A DNA stretch of 64,000 nucleotides from Candidatus Levyibacteriota bacterium. Its GTDB lineage: Bacteria > Patescibacteriota > Microgenomatia > Levybacterales > UBA12049. Below are positions 47,917 through 56,767 of this stretch, piece after piece. Made by a program: the position numbers and the translations under genes. Under the pieces are notes generated by a model that was not told the origin of the DNA, did not search any database, and saw only the letters and a program-made list of their open reading frames with translations. The stretch is taken from assembly GCA_963790825.1 (NCBI GenBank), contig CAWBPM010000003.1:125681-189680 (forward strand), given 5' to 3'. Position 1 is the stretch's first letter, and each line of letters begins with the position of its first letter.

Positions 47917-48864
47917 ATGTTTCTAAGCGTTGTTATACCTACCTATAACAGTGTCAATCTTGTAAAAATTAATTTGCCCCAGGTCACAAAAGCACTTGAA
48001 CAGTATGATAAAAATAAAGTTGAGCTTATTGTTACAGATGACAATTCTTCCGATTCAACAGTTGCTTATCTCAATGAATTCAAAAGAAGAATCTCAATTC
48101 CTATGGTCATCTTGAATAATAATCGGAATGGCGGTTTCTCTGTGAATATAAACAGAGGGGTACGTGCTGCAAAAGGAGATATTGTCATTCTTCTCGGAAC
48201 TGACGTGCAACCGGATAAAGATTTTATTAAGCCGCTTCTTTCCCGCTTCGCTGATGAGAAAGTATTTGCAGTTGGCTGTGTCAATCAAAGTGACCAGGAT
48301 AAAGATACTAGTGTATTGCGTGGACGGGGAATCGGAAGATGGGAAAAAGGATTTTTGTTCCATGCTCGTGGCGAGCTAATAAATGATGAAACGCTCTGGG
48401 TGGATTGCGGCAGCGGTGCTTTCCGAAGATCAACTTGGAACAGTATCGGCGGACTGCAGGAATTATATGCTCCATTTTATTGGGAAGATGTCGATCTATC
48501 ATACCGAGCACAAAAAATGGGTTACGCAGTGAAAATTGAAAAGGACTCGAGAGTAATCCATGAACATGAAAAAGGGTCAATAAAAAAAATTAAATCCGAT
48601 ATTGTGACACAAACAGCTTATCGTAATCAATTTCTCTTTGTTTGGCTCAATATTACCGACAGTAATCTACTTTTAAAACACTGTCTCTTAATTCCCTATC
48701 ATCTAGTGTCTGCTTTAAAAAGTGGTAACTGGCAATTCATTAAAGGTTTTCTGGCAGCAGTAATTAAATTTAACAAGGTTATGACTGAAAGAAAGAAAAT
48801 AATCCCTCGTTTTTGTGTAACTGATAGAACAATTCTCGCGAAATTTGAAAAAGAGATAAGATAA
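47917..48864 (+). CDS. Family 2 glycosyltransferase
   Basis: VVIPTYNS...TDDNSSDST...DxD. Confidence 0.75.
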   Translation: MFLSVVIPTYNSVNLVKINLPQVTKALEQYDKNKVELIVTDDNSSDSTVAYLNEFKRRISIPMVILNNNRNGGFSVNINRGVRAAKGDIVILLGTDVQPDKDFIKPLLSRFADEKVFAVGCVNQSDQDKDTSVLRGRGIGRWEKGFLFHARGELINDETLWVDCGSGAFRRSTWNSIGGLQELYAPFYWEDVDLSYRAQKMGYAVKIEKDSRVIHEHEKGSIKKIKSDIVTQTAYRNQFLFVWLNITDSNLLLKHCLLIPYHLVSALKSGNWQFIKGFLAAVIKFNKVMTERKKIIPRFCVTDRTILAKFEKEIR

Positions 48865-48881
48865 ATGGATAAAAGCAGCGT

Positions 48882-49760
48882 ATGAAATTATCAATTATTT
48901 CAATCAATTATAAACGTGCCCAGTTAACCATCGGTTGTATAACTTCACTTTGGAAATATTATCAAAATGAGTTCGAAAAAGACGAATTTGAATATATCGT
49001 AATTGATAATGACTCCCAAGATGGTTCTCTGGAGGTTCTACATAAAGAAATAAAAAAATATAAAAACTTTCATGTTTTAGAAAATAATTACAACGCCGGA
49101 TTTAGCTTGGCAAATAACTTTGGCGAAGCGAAAGCGAGGGGCGAATACCTTCTGTTTCTCAACAACGACACAATCATTGAGGACCGGGGTCTTATTAGAA
49201 TGCTTGCATATGCAGAGCAACATCCTAAAATCGGGGCTATTGGAGGAAAAATAACCAGTTTTGACGGAAGTGAACAATCTTCCTCAGGGAATTTTTACTC
49301 TATGTATAGTGTTACTCTTTTTATTCTCGGCTTGCAAAAATTTGGTTTTATTGATAGGAATCCAAAATCCATTCGGGAGGTTGACTGGGTGAAAGGCGCA
49401 TTGTTAATGACGAAAAAAAAAGTGTTTGAGAATGTCGGAAAATTTGATGAACATATTTTTATGTATACGGAGGATATGGAGCTTTGTTTCAGAATACATC
49501 AGAGCGGATTAAAATGTGTATTTTTTCCTGATGTTACTATTAAACATAAAGATCAAGGAAGTACAAATAGAACATTTGCTATAGTACATATATATAAATA
49601 TCTTCCCTATTTTTATAAAAAACATAAATCATTTTTTGAATATCAGTATGTAAAAACATTGCTTCAATGCAAGGCGTTAGTGCTGATAAATATAGGCAGA
49701 TTATTAAGAAATACTTATTTTATAAATACCTATTCGCAAGCACTTAAGACCATCGAATAA
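48882..49760 (+). CDS. Family 2 glycosyltransferase
   Basis: SIISINYKR...VIDNDSQDGS...NNDT. Confidence 0.75.
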   Translation: MKLSIISINYKRAQLTIGCITSLWKYYQNEFEKDEFEYIVIDNDSQDGSLEVLHKEIKKYKNFHVLENNYNAGFSLANNFGEAKARGEYLLFLNNDTIIEDRGLIRMLAYAEQHPKIGAIGGKITSFDGSEQSSSGNFYSMYSVTLFILGLQKFGFIDRNPKSIREVDWVKGALLMTKKKVFENVGKFDEHIFMYTEDMELCFRIHQSGLKCVFFPDVTIKHKDQGSTNRTFAIVHIYKYLPYFYKKHKSFFEYQYVKTLLQCKALVLINIGRLLRNTYFINTYSQALKTIE

Positions 49761-49761
49761 T

Positions 49762-50700
49762 ATGAAAACAAAATCATTACTGTCAATAATCATGCTTAAC
49801 CACAATACTAAAGATATTACCTTGCAAGCAATTGAGTCAATCGAAAAAAGTTATGCAAAAGAAGTCGGAGACGGGACATATGAACTTATTTTGGTTGATA
49901 ATAATTCTACCGATGGTTCGCAAGATATGTTCAAAAAATATATAGAAAAAACAGGAATTAAGAGATTTCATTTCGTCTGTAATCCTGTCAATGTCGGATT
50001 TAGTGGCGGCAATAATACCGGCCTTAAGCATGCAGACGGCAAATATATATTATTCCTGAATAGCGATACCATAGTAAACGGTAAAGTATTCCCATTTATG
50101 ATCAACTTTTTAAAAGACCATCCAAATGCGGGTGCTGCAACTTGTAAACTTATTCTTCGCAGCGGTAAGATTGACGATGCATCTCACCGTGGCTTTCCAA
50201 CACCATGGAACGCATTCTGTCATTTCTCTGGACTGGCAAAAACGTTTCCCGAGACGAAACTTTTCGGCAGCTATAATATGACTTATGTGAAAGATATGAA
50301 CATTACCCACGAAATTGACGTGTTGGCTGGAGCTTTTATGATAATGCCGAGAGCGACAGGCGAAAAAGTCGGTTGGTGGGATAAAGATTTTTTTCTTTAT
50401 GGAGAAGATATTGACTTTTGTTATCGCATAAAACAGGCCGGAATGAAAATTTATTATGTTCCTGAGGTATCAATAATTCATCTAAAAGGAACAACGCTGG
50501 GAATTCGGAAAGAATCGCAGGACATAACGACGGCCAGTACTGCAGTAAGAGTTAAATCGCAGAACGCACGTTTTGATGCAATGATAATTTTTTACCGGAA
50601 ACACTATATAAATAAATACCCTAAATGGTTAACAGATCTTATTATGTGGCAAATTGAAAATATGCGGAAAAAAAATCTCAAAAAACTGAACGCAATATAA
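49762..50700 (+). CDS. Family 2 glycosyltransferase
   Basis: SIIMLNHNT...VDNNSTDGS...NSDT. Confidence 0.75.
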   Translation: MKTKSLLSIIMLNHNTKDITLQAIESIEKSYAKEVGDGTYELILVDNNSTDGSQDMFKKYIEKTGIKRFHFVCNPVNVGFSGGNNTGLKHADGKYILFLNSDTIVNGKVFPFMINFLKDHPNAGAATCKLILRSGKIDDASHRGFPTPWNAFCHFSGLAKTFPETKLFGSYNMTYVKDMNITHEIDVLAGAFMIMPRATGEKVGWWDKDFFLYGEDIDFCYRIKQAGMKIYYVPEVSIIHLKGTTLGIRKESQDITTASTAVRVKSQNARFDAMIIFYRKHYINKYPKWLTDLIMWQIENMRKKNLKKLNAI

Positions 50701-50709
50701 CATAAAAAT

Positions 50710-51627
50710 ATGAAAAGAGTTGCTGTTGTTACTGTAACATATAATACGGGAGAGAATACTAAAACATTTCTTAAATCATTGGGGAAAGTGAAAAACCCCA
50801 ATTTCTCTCTTGATGTAATTGTGGTTGATAATGGTTCGAAAAAAAAGTTTGCTTTATCTGAACAAGAAAAGAGAGATAATATTACGCTTATTCGACTGGA
50901 TTACAACACAGGCTTTGTCGGCGGTTACAATGCCGGTATAAAGGAAGCGCTGAGAAAAAACACAGATTATATACTCATTGCGAACAATGACACAATAATG
51001 AATCCAGATCTTATTGTAAATCTACTTGAGGTACTGGAATCTGATAGCAAAATCGGTGTTACTGTACCTAAAATATATTTTGCTAAAGGACATGAATATC
51101 ACAAGAATAGATATAAACCGGAGGAATTAGGAAAGGTATTTTGGTTTGCGGGAGGATATTTTGACTGGCAGCACAGCGTGAGTGTACACAGGGGTATAGA
51201 TGAGGTAGATCACGGACAGTATGAAAAAATTGAAAAAATAGATTTTGGTTCGGGCTGTTGTATGCTGATTAAGAGAGAGGTTTTACAGAAGGTCGGACTT
51301 TTTGATGAACGGTACTTCCTTTATTTTGAAGATGCTGATTTAAATGAACGAATTAAAAGAGCCGGTTATGACATTTATTATGCGCCAAAAGCTGTTCTGG
51401 TTCATGCCAATGCTGCGTCCTCAGGTGGAGCAGGAAACTCGGCACAAGACTACTACATTACAAGAAACAAAATGTTATTTGGGTTGACCTATGCTCCGCT
51501 CCGCACGAAAATTGCCCTTATCCGCCAAAGCTTACGTCTCTTTTTTAACGGCAGGCCTTACCAAAAAGCAGCGATTCGGGATTTTTATCTAAGAAGATTT
51601 AGTAAAGGGACGTATGTTGATGGGTGA
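50710..51627 (+). CDS. Family 2 glycosyltransferase
   Basis: VVTVTYNTGE...VVDNGS...NNDT. Confidence 0.75.
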   Translation: MKRVAVVTVTYNTGENTKTFLKSLGKVKNPNFSLDVIVVDNGSKKKFALSEQEKRDNITLIRLDYNTGFVGGYNAGIKEALRKNTDYILIANNDTIMNPDLIVNLLEVLESDSKIGVTVPKIYFAKGHEYHKNRYKPEELGKVFWFAGGYFDWQHSVSVHRGIDEVDHGQYEKIEKIDFGSGCCMLIKREVLQKVGLFDERYFLYFEDADLNERIKRAGYDIYYAPKAVLVHANAASSGGAGNSAQDYYITRNKMLFGLTYAPLRTKIALIRQSLRLFFNGRPYQKAAIRDFYLRRFSKGTYVDG

Positions 51628-51628
51628 T

Positions 51629-51901
51629 TTATATTCTGAATAGAAAAAAAGTAATAATTATCGCAAAACTTGCTACGAGAACATATTCCACTAAAATTTT
51701 TGTGTGAAGAGTATGATGAATGTAATGATGAAGTGCAGACCATAAAACATAAAATAAACTCATCATTACGACAATCGTCATTTGCAGCCTAAGGTCATAA
51801 GCCGTAATAAAAACCAAAGATAAGCCAGCCAGTTCTATGATAATTAAAGCGAGATAGTAAAGAAAATGCTTTTTTAACCTGCGCCTAATATCACGTTCCA
51901 T
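51629..51901 (-). CDS. Small polytopic membrane protein
   Basis: 90 aa with three hydrophobic helices. Confidence 0.35.
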   Translation of the reverse strand: MERDIRRRLKKHFLYYLALIIIELAGLSLVFITAYDLRLQMTIVVMMSLFYVLWSALHHYIHHTLHTKILVEYVLVASFAIIITFFLFRI

Positions 51902-52803
51902 TATAAAATACTTCCTTTCCCAAGAATAAGAATAATTATAAGAAGAATTCCCAGAAATACAATATGATCTGCTGTATGCGCGCTTACTCTGCTAATTCGT
52001 TTCCGCTCGACATAAAACACATCGATAATAAGAAGTCCCATTAAGAAAGCAATAATGCTAACCGAGACATTCTTGGCTGTAAAGATAGTGAAAACAAAAG
52101 TCCTATTTCCGCCCGCTGTATTCACGTTTGCAGTCTTCACAGACTTTGGATATTGCAACGCCTTATTCCCTGTCTGAGCAGGGGAATTAACAACTGTTTG
52201 AGGCGATATACCCGGCTGGGTATTTTCATTTTGAGAAGCGGCGGCAAGAGGCGCACCGAATTCCTCAACTACGAGTACTGTATCTTCACCGGTTAATTCT
52301 CCGGAAAGAATAGCAAATCCGACGTCTTTATAATTGGGGGACAGGATATTTTCCCTATGTCCCGGGCTTGCCATCCACGCATTCATTATAGACTCAGTAC
52401 TATCAAATCCCCGTGCCAGATTCTCACCCGCATACGAATAATCATAACCGGCATTTTTAATAAATACCCAGGGAGTTGTTCCGTCCGGAGCATTATGTGC
52501 CCAGTAATTTTCTTTGAACATATTCTCTCCTTTTTTTTCGGCTGCAGAGATCAGCTCATTGTTAAGAGCAAGAGGAGGAAACCCATATTGCTGGCGTTCT
52601 TTATTCGTTAATTGCAATAGTTGCTGAGTTGTAATCGAAACTGCATCACCTAAAACACTGCCGTTTATGCCAAACGTAATTTTGAAACAGGTAGCCAGGA
52701 GTAAAAAAATGATTAAAAGAAACAGGCTTTGATTGTGAAGAAGCCTTGCTTTGTGATTATTGCTACGGCGTGGAATAAAAAGATGGGACAGGAAAAAGGT
52801 CAT
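51901..52803 (-). CDS. CAP/SCP (cysteine-rich secretory protein-like) domain protein with membrane anchors
   Basis: LTNKERQQYGFPPLALNNELISAAEKKGENMF...HNAP...WMASPGHRENIL are CAP domain signatures. N- and C-terminal TM segments. Confidence 0.65.
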   Translation of the reverse strand: MTFFLSHLFIPRRSNNHKARLLHNQSLFLLIIFLLLATCFKITFGINGSVLGDAVSITTQQLLQLTNKERQQYGFPPLALNNELISAAEKKGENMFKENYWAHNAPDGTTPWVFIKNAGYDYSYAGENLARGFDSTESIMNAWMASPGHRENILSPNYKDVGFAILSGELTGEDTVLVVEEFGAPLAAASQNENTQPGISPQTVVNSPAQTGNKALQYPKSVKTANVNTAGGNRTFVFTIFTAKNVSVSIIAFLMGLLIIDVFYVERKRISRVSAHTADHIVFLGILLIIILILGKGSIL

Positions 52804-52824
52804 ATACTCAGTATACTCATCTTC

Positions 52825-53160
52825 TCAGGCATTGTCATCTTTTTTTTCATATACCGGCTCAACTAATTCTCCTGCACCTTTCCCGTTAACAGGAATGTGT
52901 AATACTGATCCAAGTGTGTTCGCAATTGTTACGCCGATCCGAATACCGGTAAATGATCCCGGTCCTGTATTTACTTTTATTTCCGATATGTCTTTAGGTT
53001 GCAAATTATATTTTTTTAACAAATCTTCAATAAGCGGCAGAACAACCTGTGCCTTTCGCTGATTTAATTCCCGGACTATCAAGTGCTCTTTCCCATCTAT
53101 TGTTAAACCAACTTTAATTTCTTTGTTATCCGATGTGTCAATAAAAAGTATATTATTCAT
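52825..53160 (-). CDS. tsaB: tRNA t6A biosynthesis protein TsaB (short, N-terminal half only)
   Basis: LFIDTS...GPGSFTGIRIGVTIANTL. 111 aa versus ~220 typical. Confidence 0.6.
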   Translation of the reverse strand: MNNILFIDTSDNKEIKVGLTIDGKEHLIVRELNQRKAQVVLPLIEDLLKKYNLQPKDISEIKVNTGPGSFTGIRIGVTIANTLGSVLHIPVNGKGAGELVEPVYEKKDDNA

Positions 53161-53189
53161 TTTATCTTTAATTTTTAATATTTACCGCG

Positions 53190-54258
53190 CCGTGTCCTGG
53201 CCACCTAGATGCCGTACACTTCTCCTTTCTGCTGTAGCAGCTTAACATACTCTGCCGGTTTTTGATAGCCAAGAGACCTATGGTATCGCTCATAGTTGTA
53301 TTTATGGGTGAATAATCGACAATGTTCTCGTATCCCTTCAAGTCCTGGAATGAGATCCTGATAATTAAGATACTCATACTCCACTGTTTGATGTAATCTC
53401 TCTACTCTCCCGTTTTGCTTTGGACAATGAGGATCAGTAAAGTAATGGGGAATTCCCCAGCTCTTAATCTCCTTGTGAAAATTAAGAAGATACTCACTAC
53501 CATTGTCTGTATTAATTGCCTGTATTGGAAACGGAAAATATTCCTTTACTCGTTTAATGAAGTCCTGGGCAGATGCAGAGGAAATAGTAGTATAAGCATA
53601 AGTGAATGCAAATCGACTCTTGCAGTCAATCGCTGAAAAGAGAAAGTAACGATCCCCTAAAACAGAAAAGTATTTTGTATCAACTTGTACGAGTGATCCC
53701 AGGCTTCCTTCACGGAGCTCTCTGGCTGCTTTGACTCGAGCAATCATATGATGATGACTTCTTATCCTCTTCTTGTGCTGCGAGTTACGTAACTCCGGAT
53801 ATTTATTCATAACCTTTTGAATTGTGTTATATCCTAAGATAATACCCTGTTCTTTTAATTCTGCCTGTATCTCGTATTTTGATTTCTCCTTATCCTTCTC
53901 TCGTATCGCACACACGAGATCTTGTACTTTTTTTGGTGTTGTCATTCTGCGGACGTTCCTCGGACGCCTGGAGCTCGTATCATCTTCTAGTGTCTGTAGT
54001 TGTCGTGGATTAAATCGTTTCTTCCAACGGTAAAAGGTATCCCGAGAAATACCAAAGTATCGACAGGTTAACGAAGCGTTTTTGTCATGAGAAAGATAGT
54101 AGTCAAACCAGGCTAATCGTCTCATCCCGTCTTTTGATAAATTACTGGTTGCTACTTGTATCTTGGGAAATCGTTTATACGCTCGCATGTACGAGCCATT
54201 GTACAGTCCTTTCATCAAACTTCAACTGTACGGTATGTATCGTGGCCTAGACACGCCG
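53190..54258 (-). mobile_element. IS481-family insertion sequence (copy 2) inside the tsaE-tsaC-tsaB operon
   Basis: Imperfect ~28-bp terminal inverted repeats: 53190-53219 (ccgtgtcctggccacctagatgccgtacac) and 54226-54258 (gtacggtatgtatcgtggcctagacacgcc). Contains a DDE transposase. Confidence 0.6.
53205..54215 (-). CDS. IS481-family DDE transposase
   Basis: HTH region (FGISRDTFYRWKKRF) and rve core (NTDNGSEY...YNYERYHRSLG). Distinct from copy 1. Confidence 0.8.
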   Translation of the reverse strand: MKGLYNGSYMRAYKRFPKIQVATSNLSKDGMRRLAWFDYYLSHDKNASLTCRYFGISRDTFYRWKKRFNPRQLQTLEDDTSSRRPRNVRRMTTPKKVQDLVCAIREKDKEKSKYEIQAELKEQGIILGYNTIQKVMNKYPELRNSQHKKRIRSHHHMIARVKAARELREGSLGSLVQVDTKYFSVLGDRYFLFSAIDCKSRFAFTYAYTTISSASAQDFIKRVKEYFPFPIQAINTDNGSEYLLNFHKEIKSWGIPHYFTDPHCPKQNGRVERLHQTVEYEYLNYQDLIPGLEGIREHCRLFTHKYNYERYHRSLGYQKPAEYVKLLQQKGEVYGI

Positions 54259-54815
54259 TTTCGCAATATTTTCCAAGGTTTAGTCGAACAATCAATTACT
54301 GTCGAAGCTTCTTTTATTATACATTCTCCAGGCATTACAAAATCTACTTTACTTATAAGTTTCCTGTCAAGATCTTTAAAATAGTATGGCGTTTGCTCCC
54401 CTGAAAAATTTGCTGACGGACCAAGAATTGGAATGCCAAGCTCTCTGATAATTGCACATGTTGTTGTATGACTGGGGATACGAACGCCAATTGTTTTTCC
54501 TCCTCCACGAACTAATGTCGGTACTTTTTCTACTCGGCAAGGCAGAATAATCGTTAATGCTCCCGGCCAATATGGTTCGACAAGTTTACTGATAACCTCT
54601 TTTGGTATTGGCAGCAAAAAATCCTGAGCCAAATTCAGCGTATCGACAAGTACCGGTACCGCTTGATTTATCGGCCGTTTCCGAAGCAAAAAAAGTCTTC
54701 GTATTGCGTCGGGATTATCAATTCTACAACCAATTCCAAATGCAGTATCAGTCGGAAAAACAACAATCCCGCCTTGACGCAGAATTTTTATTGCTTGTTG
54801 AATATCTCTTTTCAT
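54222..54815 (-). CDS. tsaC: L-threonylcarbamoyladenylate synthase TsaC/YrdC
   Basis: VFPTDTAFGIGC, KRPINQAVPVLV and GPSANFSG motifs. The last ~11 codons are encoded by the IS right inverted repeat. Confidence 0.8.
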   Translation of the reverse strand: MKRDIQQAIKILRQGGIVVFPTDTAFGIGCRIDNPDAIRRLFLLRKRPINQAVPVLVDTLNLAQDFLLPIPKEVISKLVEPYWPGALTIILPCRVEKVPTLVRGGGKTIGVRIPSHTTTCAIIRELGIPILGPSANFSGEQTPYYFKDLDRKLISKVDFVMPGECIIKEASTVIDCSTKPWKILRNGVSRPRYIPYS

Positions 54816-54850
54816 AAGTTATTTTCCTCTCCCAATAAAGGGTGGTAATG

Positions 54851-55321
54851 CTATTCTTCTATCATCGTAATCTTCCTTTTGTCTTCATCGACATAAGTAA
54901 AGAAAATTTCAATTTTTCTTTTCGCTAGTATACTCTTTATTTTCTCCGGCCATTCAATTGCCGTGATACTGTCGGGATCTCCCAGTAATTCCTCAATACC
55001 CAATCCTTGTATATCACATCCTGAATCTATCCTGTACAAATCGATGTGATAGAAATTGTGAGGACAAAGATCTGAAGGGTTGATTGAAATTTCCTGCTTT
55101 TCTTCAAACGGCAATTTGTAACTTCGCATGATAATAAATGTCGGCGAGGTGATTCTTTTTTTAATTCCCAGTCCCTGAGCCAGACCCTGGACAAATGTAG
55201 TCTTTCCCGATCCTAAGTCCCCATAAAGACAAAGCACTTCTCCGCCTTTTAATGTTTTTGCTAATTTACGCCCATACTGCTTCGTTTCTTCAAAGGAGTT
55301 GGAAATCAATGTTTGTTTCAT
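54851..55321 (-). CDS. tsaE: tRNA t6A biosynthesis ATPase TsaE (YjeE)
   Basis: LYGDLGSGKTTFVQG (P-loop), SPTFIIMRSY, HIDLYRI. Confidence 0.8.
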   Translation of the reverse strand: MKQTLISNSFEETKQYGRKLAKTLKGGEVLCLYGDLGSGKTTFVQGLAQGLGIKKRITSPTFIIMRSYKLPFEEKQEISINPSDLCPHNFYHIDLYRIDSGCDIQGLGIEELLGDPDSITAIEWPEKIKSILAKRKIEIFFTYVDEDKRKITMIEE

Positions 55322-56247
55322 ATATCTTTGCTCTTCCTTGTTTTCCAAAACCAAAGTATACCACAACTGGTTAGCAACATAACTCCCAGACAGATAAATA
55401 GATATGTCGTGAGGTGTCCGGCCGATGTACTTGCCTGTTTTACCAATATCCTCGGTTTCGACATTTTCTTTGTCAAATTAGGCGTGGCACTGGGGGTAGC
55501 ATGCATAATTGCAGTAGGAAAAAGAGATGGGTCAAGGGAAGAATTAATTGAAATCCCGAGAACCGATGTTGTACTAGTAATTACGCTAGTTTGTCTGGTG
55601 ATAGTCGCTTCCGGTTTTTCAGTTGGGATCTTCGTAGGAGTGGGTATTTTTGTCGGTGTTGGTACCTTTGTTGGAGTAGGTGGGGCATGGGTAGAGGTTG
55701 GGGTTGGGACTTTTGGGGACGGAGTTAATGAGGGAGTAGTACTTGGCATATCTTCACTGTTTACTGCTCCCTTTGTACTGGTCGCAAGGATAGCAAAATT
55801 GCCCGTGCCATCAGGTGATCTACCGATTGAGATATCGACACCCGGATCTTTCGTATAGTTATACTGATCGATAATGTTGCCTGCATTGTCAAATAATACA
55901 ACGTAATCCCCATCGTTATTTAGCATAGAACTCAGCTCAATGTAGGGATAATTGCCGGAACTTACGAGAGCTGCTAAACTTTTTTTTGCGCTGCTTCCCG
56001 CGTCGTCGGTAAAACTTATATCATCATCCAGATAATACGTCGATAAATCAACATTATCAGGATTATAAAATTCCACCCACTCTTTATTCGCGCTTGATGG
56101 GTGAGCAACAAATTCATTGATTACAGGCGGGATTTCGGCAAAAACAACATTTGGCAGGAAAAGGATTGAGGGGAGAAAGAATGAGAAGATAATTTTTATT
56201 ACTTTTTTATTTCTCTGAACATTTGCTAGCTCTATTCGCTTTCGCAT
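55318..56247 (-). CDS. Lamin-tail-domain (LTD) surface protein with Pro/Thr-rich repeats and C-terminal TM anchor
   Basis: Signal peptide. LTD-like NKEWVEFYNPDNVDLSTYYLDD. Repeats PTPTKVPTPTKIPTPTKIPT. C-terminal hydrophobic helix. Confidence 0.55.
   Translation of the reverse strand: MRKRIELANVQRNKKVIKIIFSFFLPSILFLPNVVFAEIPPVINEFVAHPSSANKEWVEFYNPDNVDLSTYYLDDDISFTDDAGSSAKKSLAALVSSGNYPYIELSSMLNNDGDYVVLFDNAGNIIDQYNYTKDPGVDISIGRSPDGTGNFAILATSTKGAVNSEDMPSTTPSLTPSPKVPTPTSTHAPPTPTKVPTPTKIPTPTKIPTEKPEATITRQTSVITSTTSVLGISINSSLDPSLFPTAIMHATPSATPNLTKKMSKPRILVKQASTSAGHLTTYLFICLGVMLLTSCGILWFWKTRKSKDI
55590..55730. repeat. Short tandem nucleotide repeats encoding the (PTPTK) linker
   Basis: Repeated ggtgttggtacctttgttggagtaggtgggg-type units on the + strand. 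Confidence 0.5.
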
Positions 56248-56297
56248 GATAGGTCTGCCTTTTCCTTTTTATTATAGTCAGAACTATTGTTGAGCTG

Positions 56298-56717
56298 TCA
56301 AGCGTTTTCTGAGGAATTGTTTTTGCTAATTTTTTTAAGAAGTGTTCGGGCTTCCGAAAGCTCTTGCTGATAAATCACATTAGCCCTCTCGTTTAGCGCA
56401 AAATTACCTTTGTTTACACCTGTGTCTTTAAGCCATCTTCGGTAGTACTTCAAACGGAACCAGGTACCTTCAAGCCCCGATAATTCTATTTTAAAATTTT
56501 GGTCAATTTGATTGTTCATTATTACAATAAACTGATGTAAGGCTTTAAGATGCAGATCTTTATAATGTGACATTTCAGGCGAGTTTTTATGCATATCCAA
56601 AAGTACATAACTTGCCAGCATATTTTTCCGAATATCATCCAGCTTTGTCGCATTAAGTAATGCCTGGTCTTCTGGACATAATTCATTATATGCTTCTAGT
56701 GTATTTTTCCCATCCAT
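56298..56717 (-). CDS. Hypothetical protein
   Basis: 139-aa ORF with no recognisable motif. Confidence 0.3.
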   Translation of the reverse strand: MDGKNTLEAYNELCPEDQALLNATKLDDIRKNMLASYVLLDMHKNSPEMSHYKDLHLKALHQFIVIMNNQIDQNFKIELSGLEGTWFRLKYYRRWLKDTGVNKGNFALNERANVIYQQELSEARTLLKKISKNNSSENA

Positions 56718-56767
56718 ATTACTATTATAATACTAAAAAATTAGTTGTTACAAGTCCTATTTAAGGT

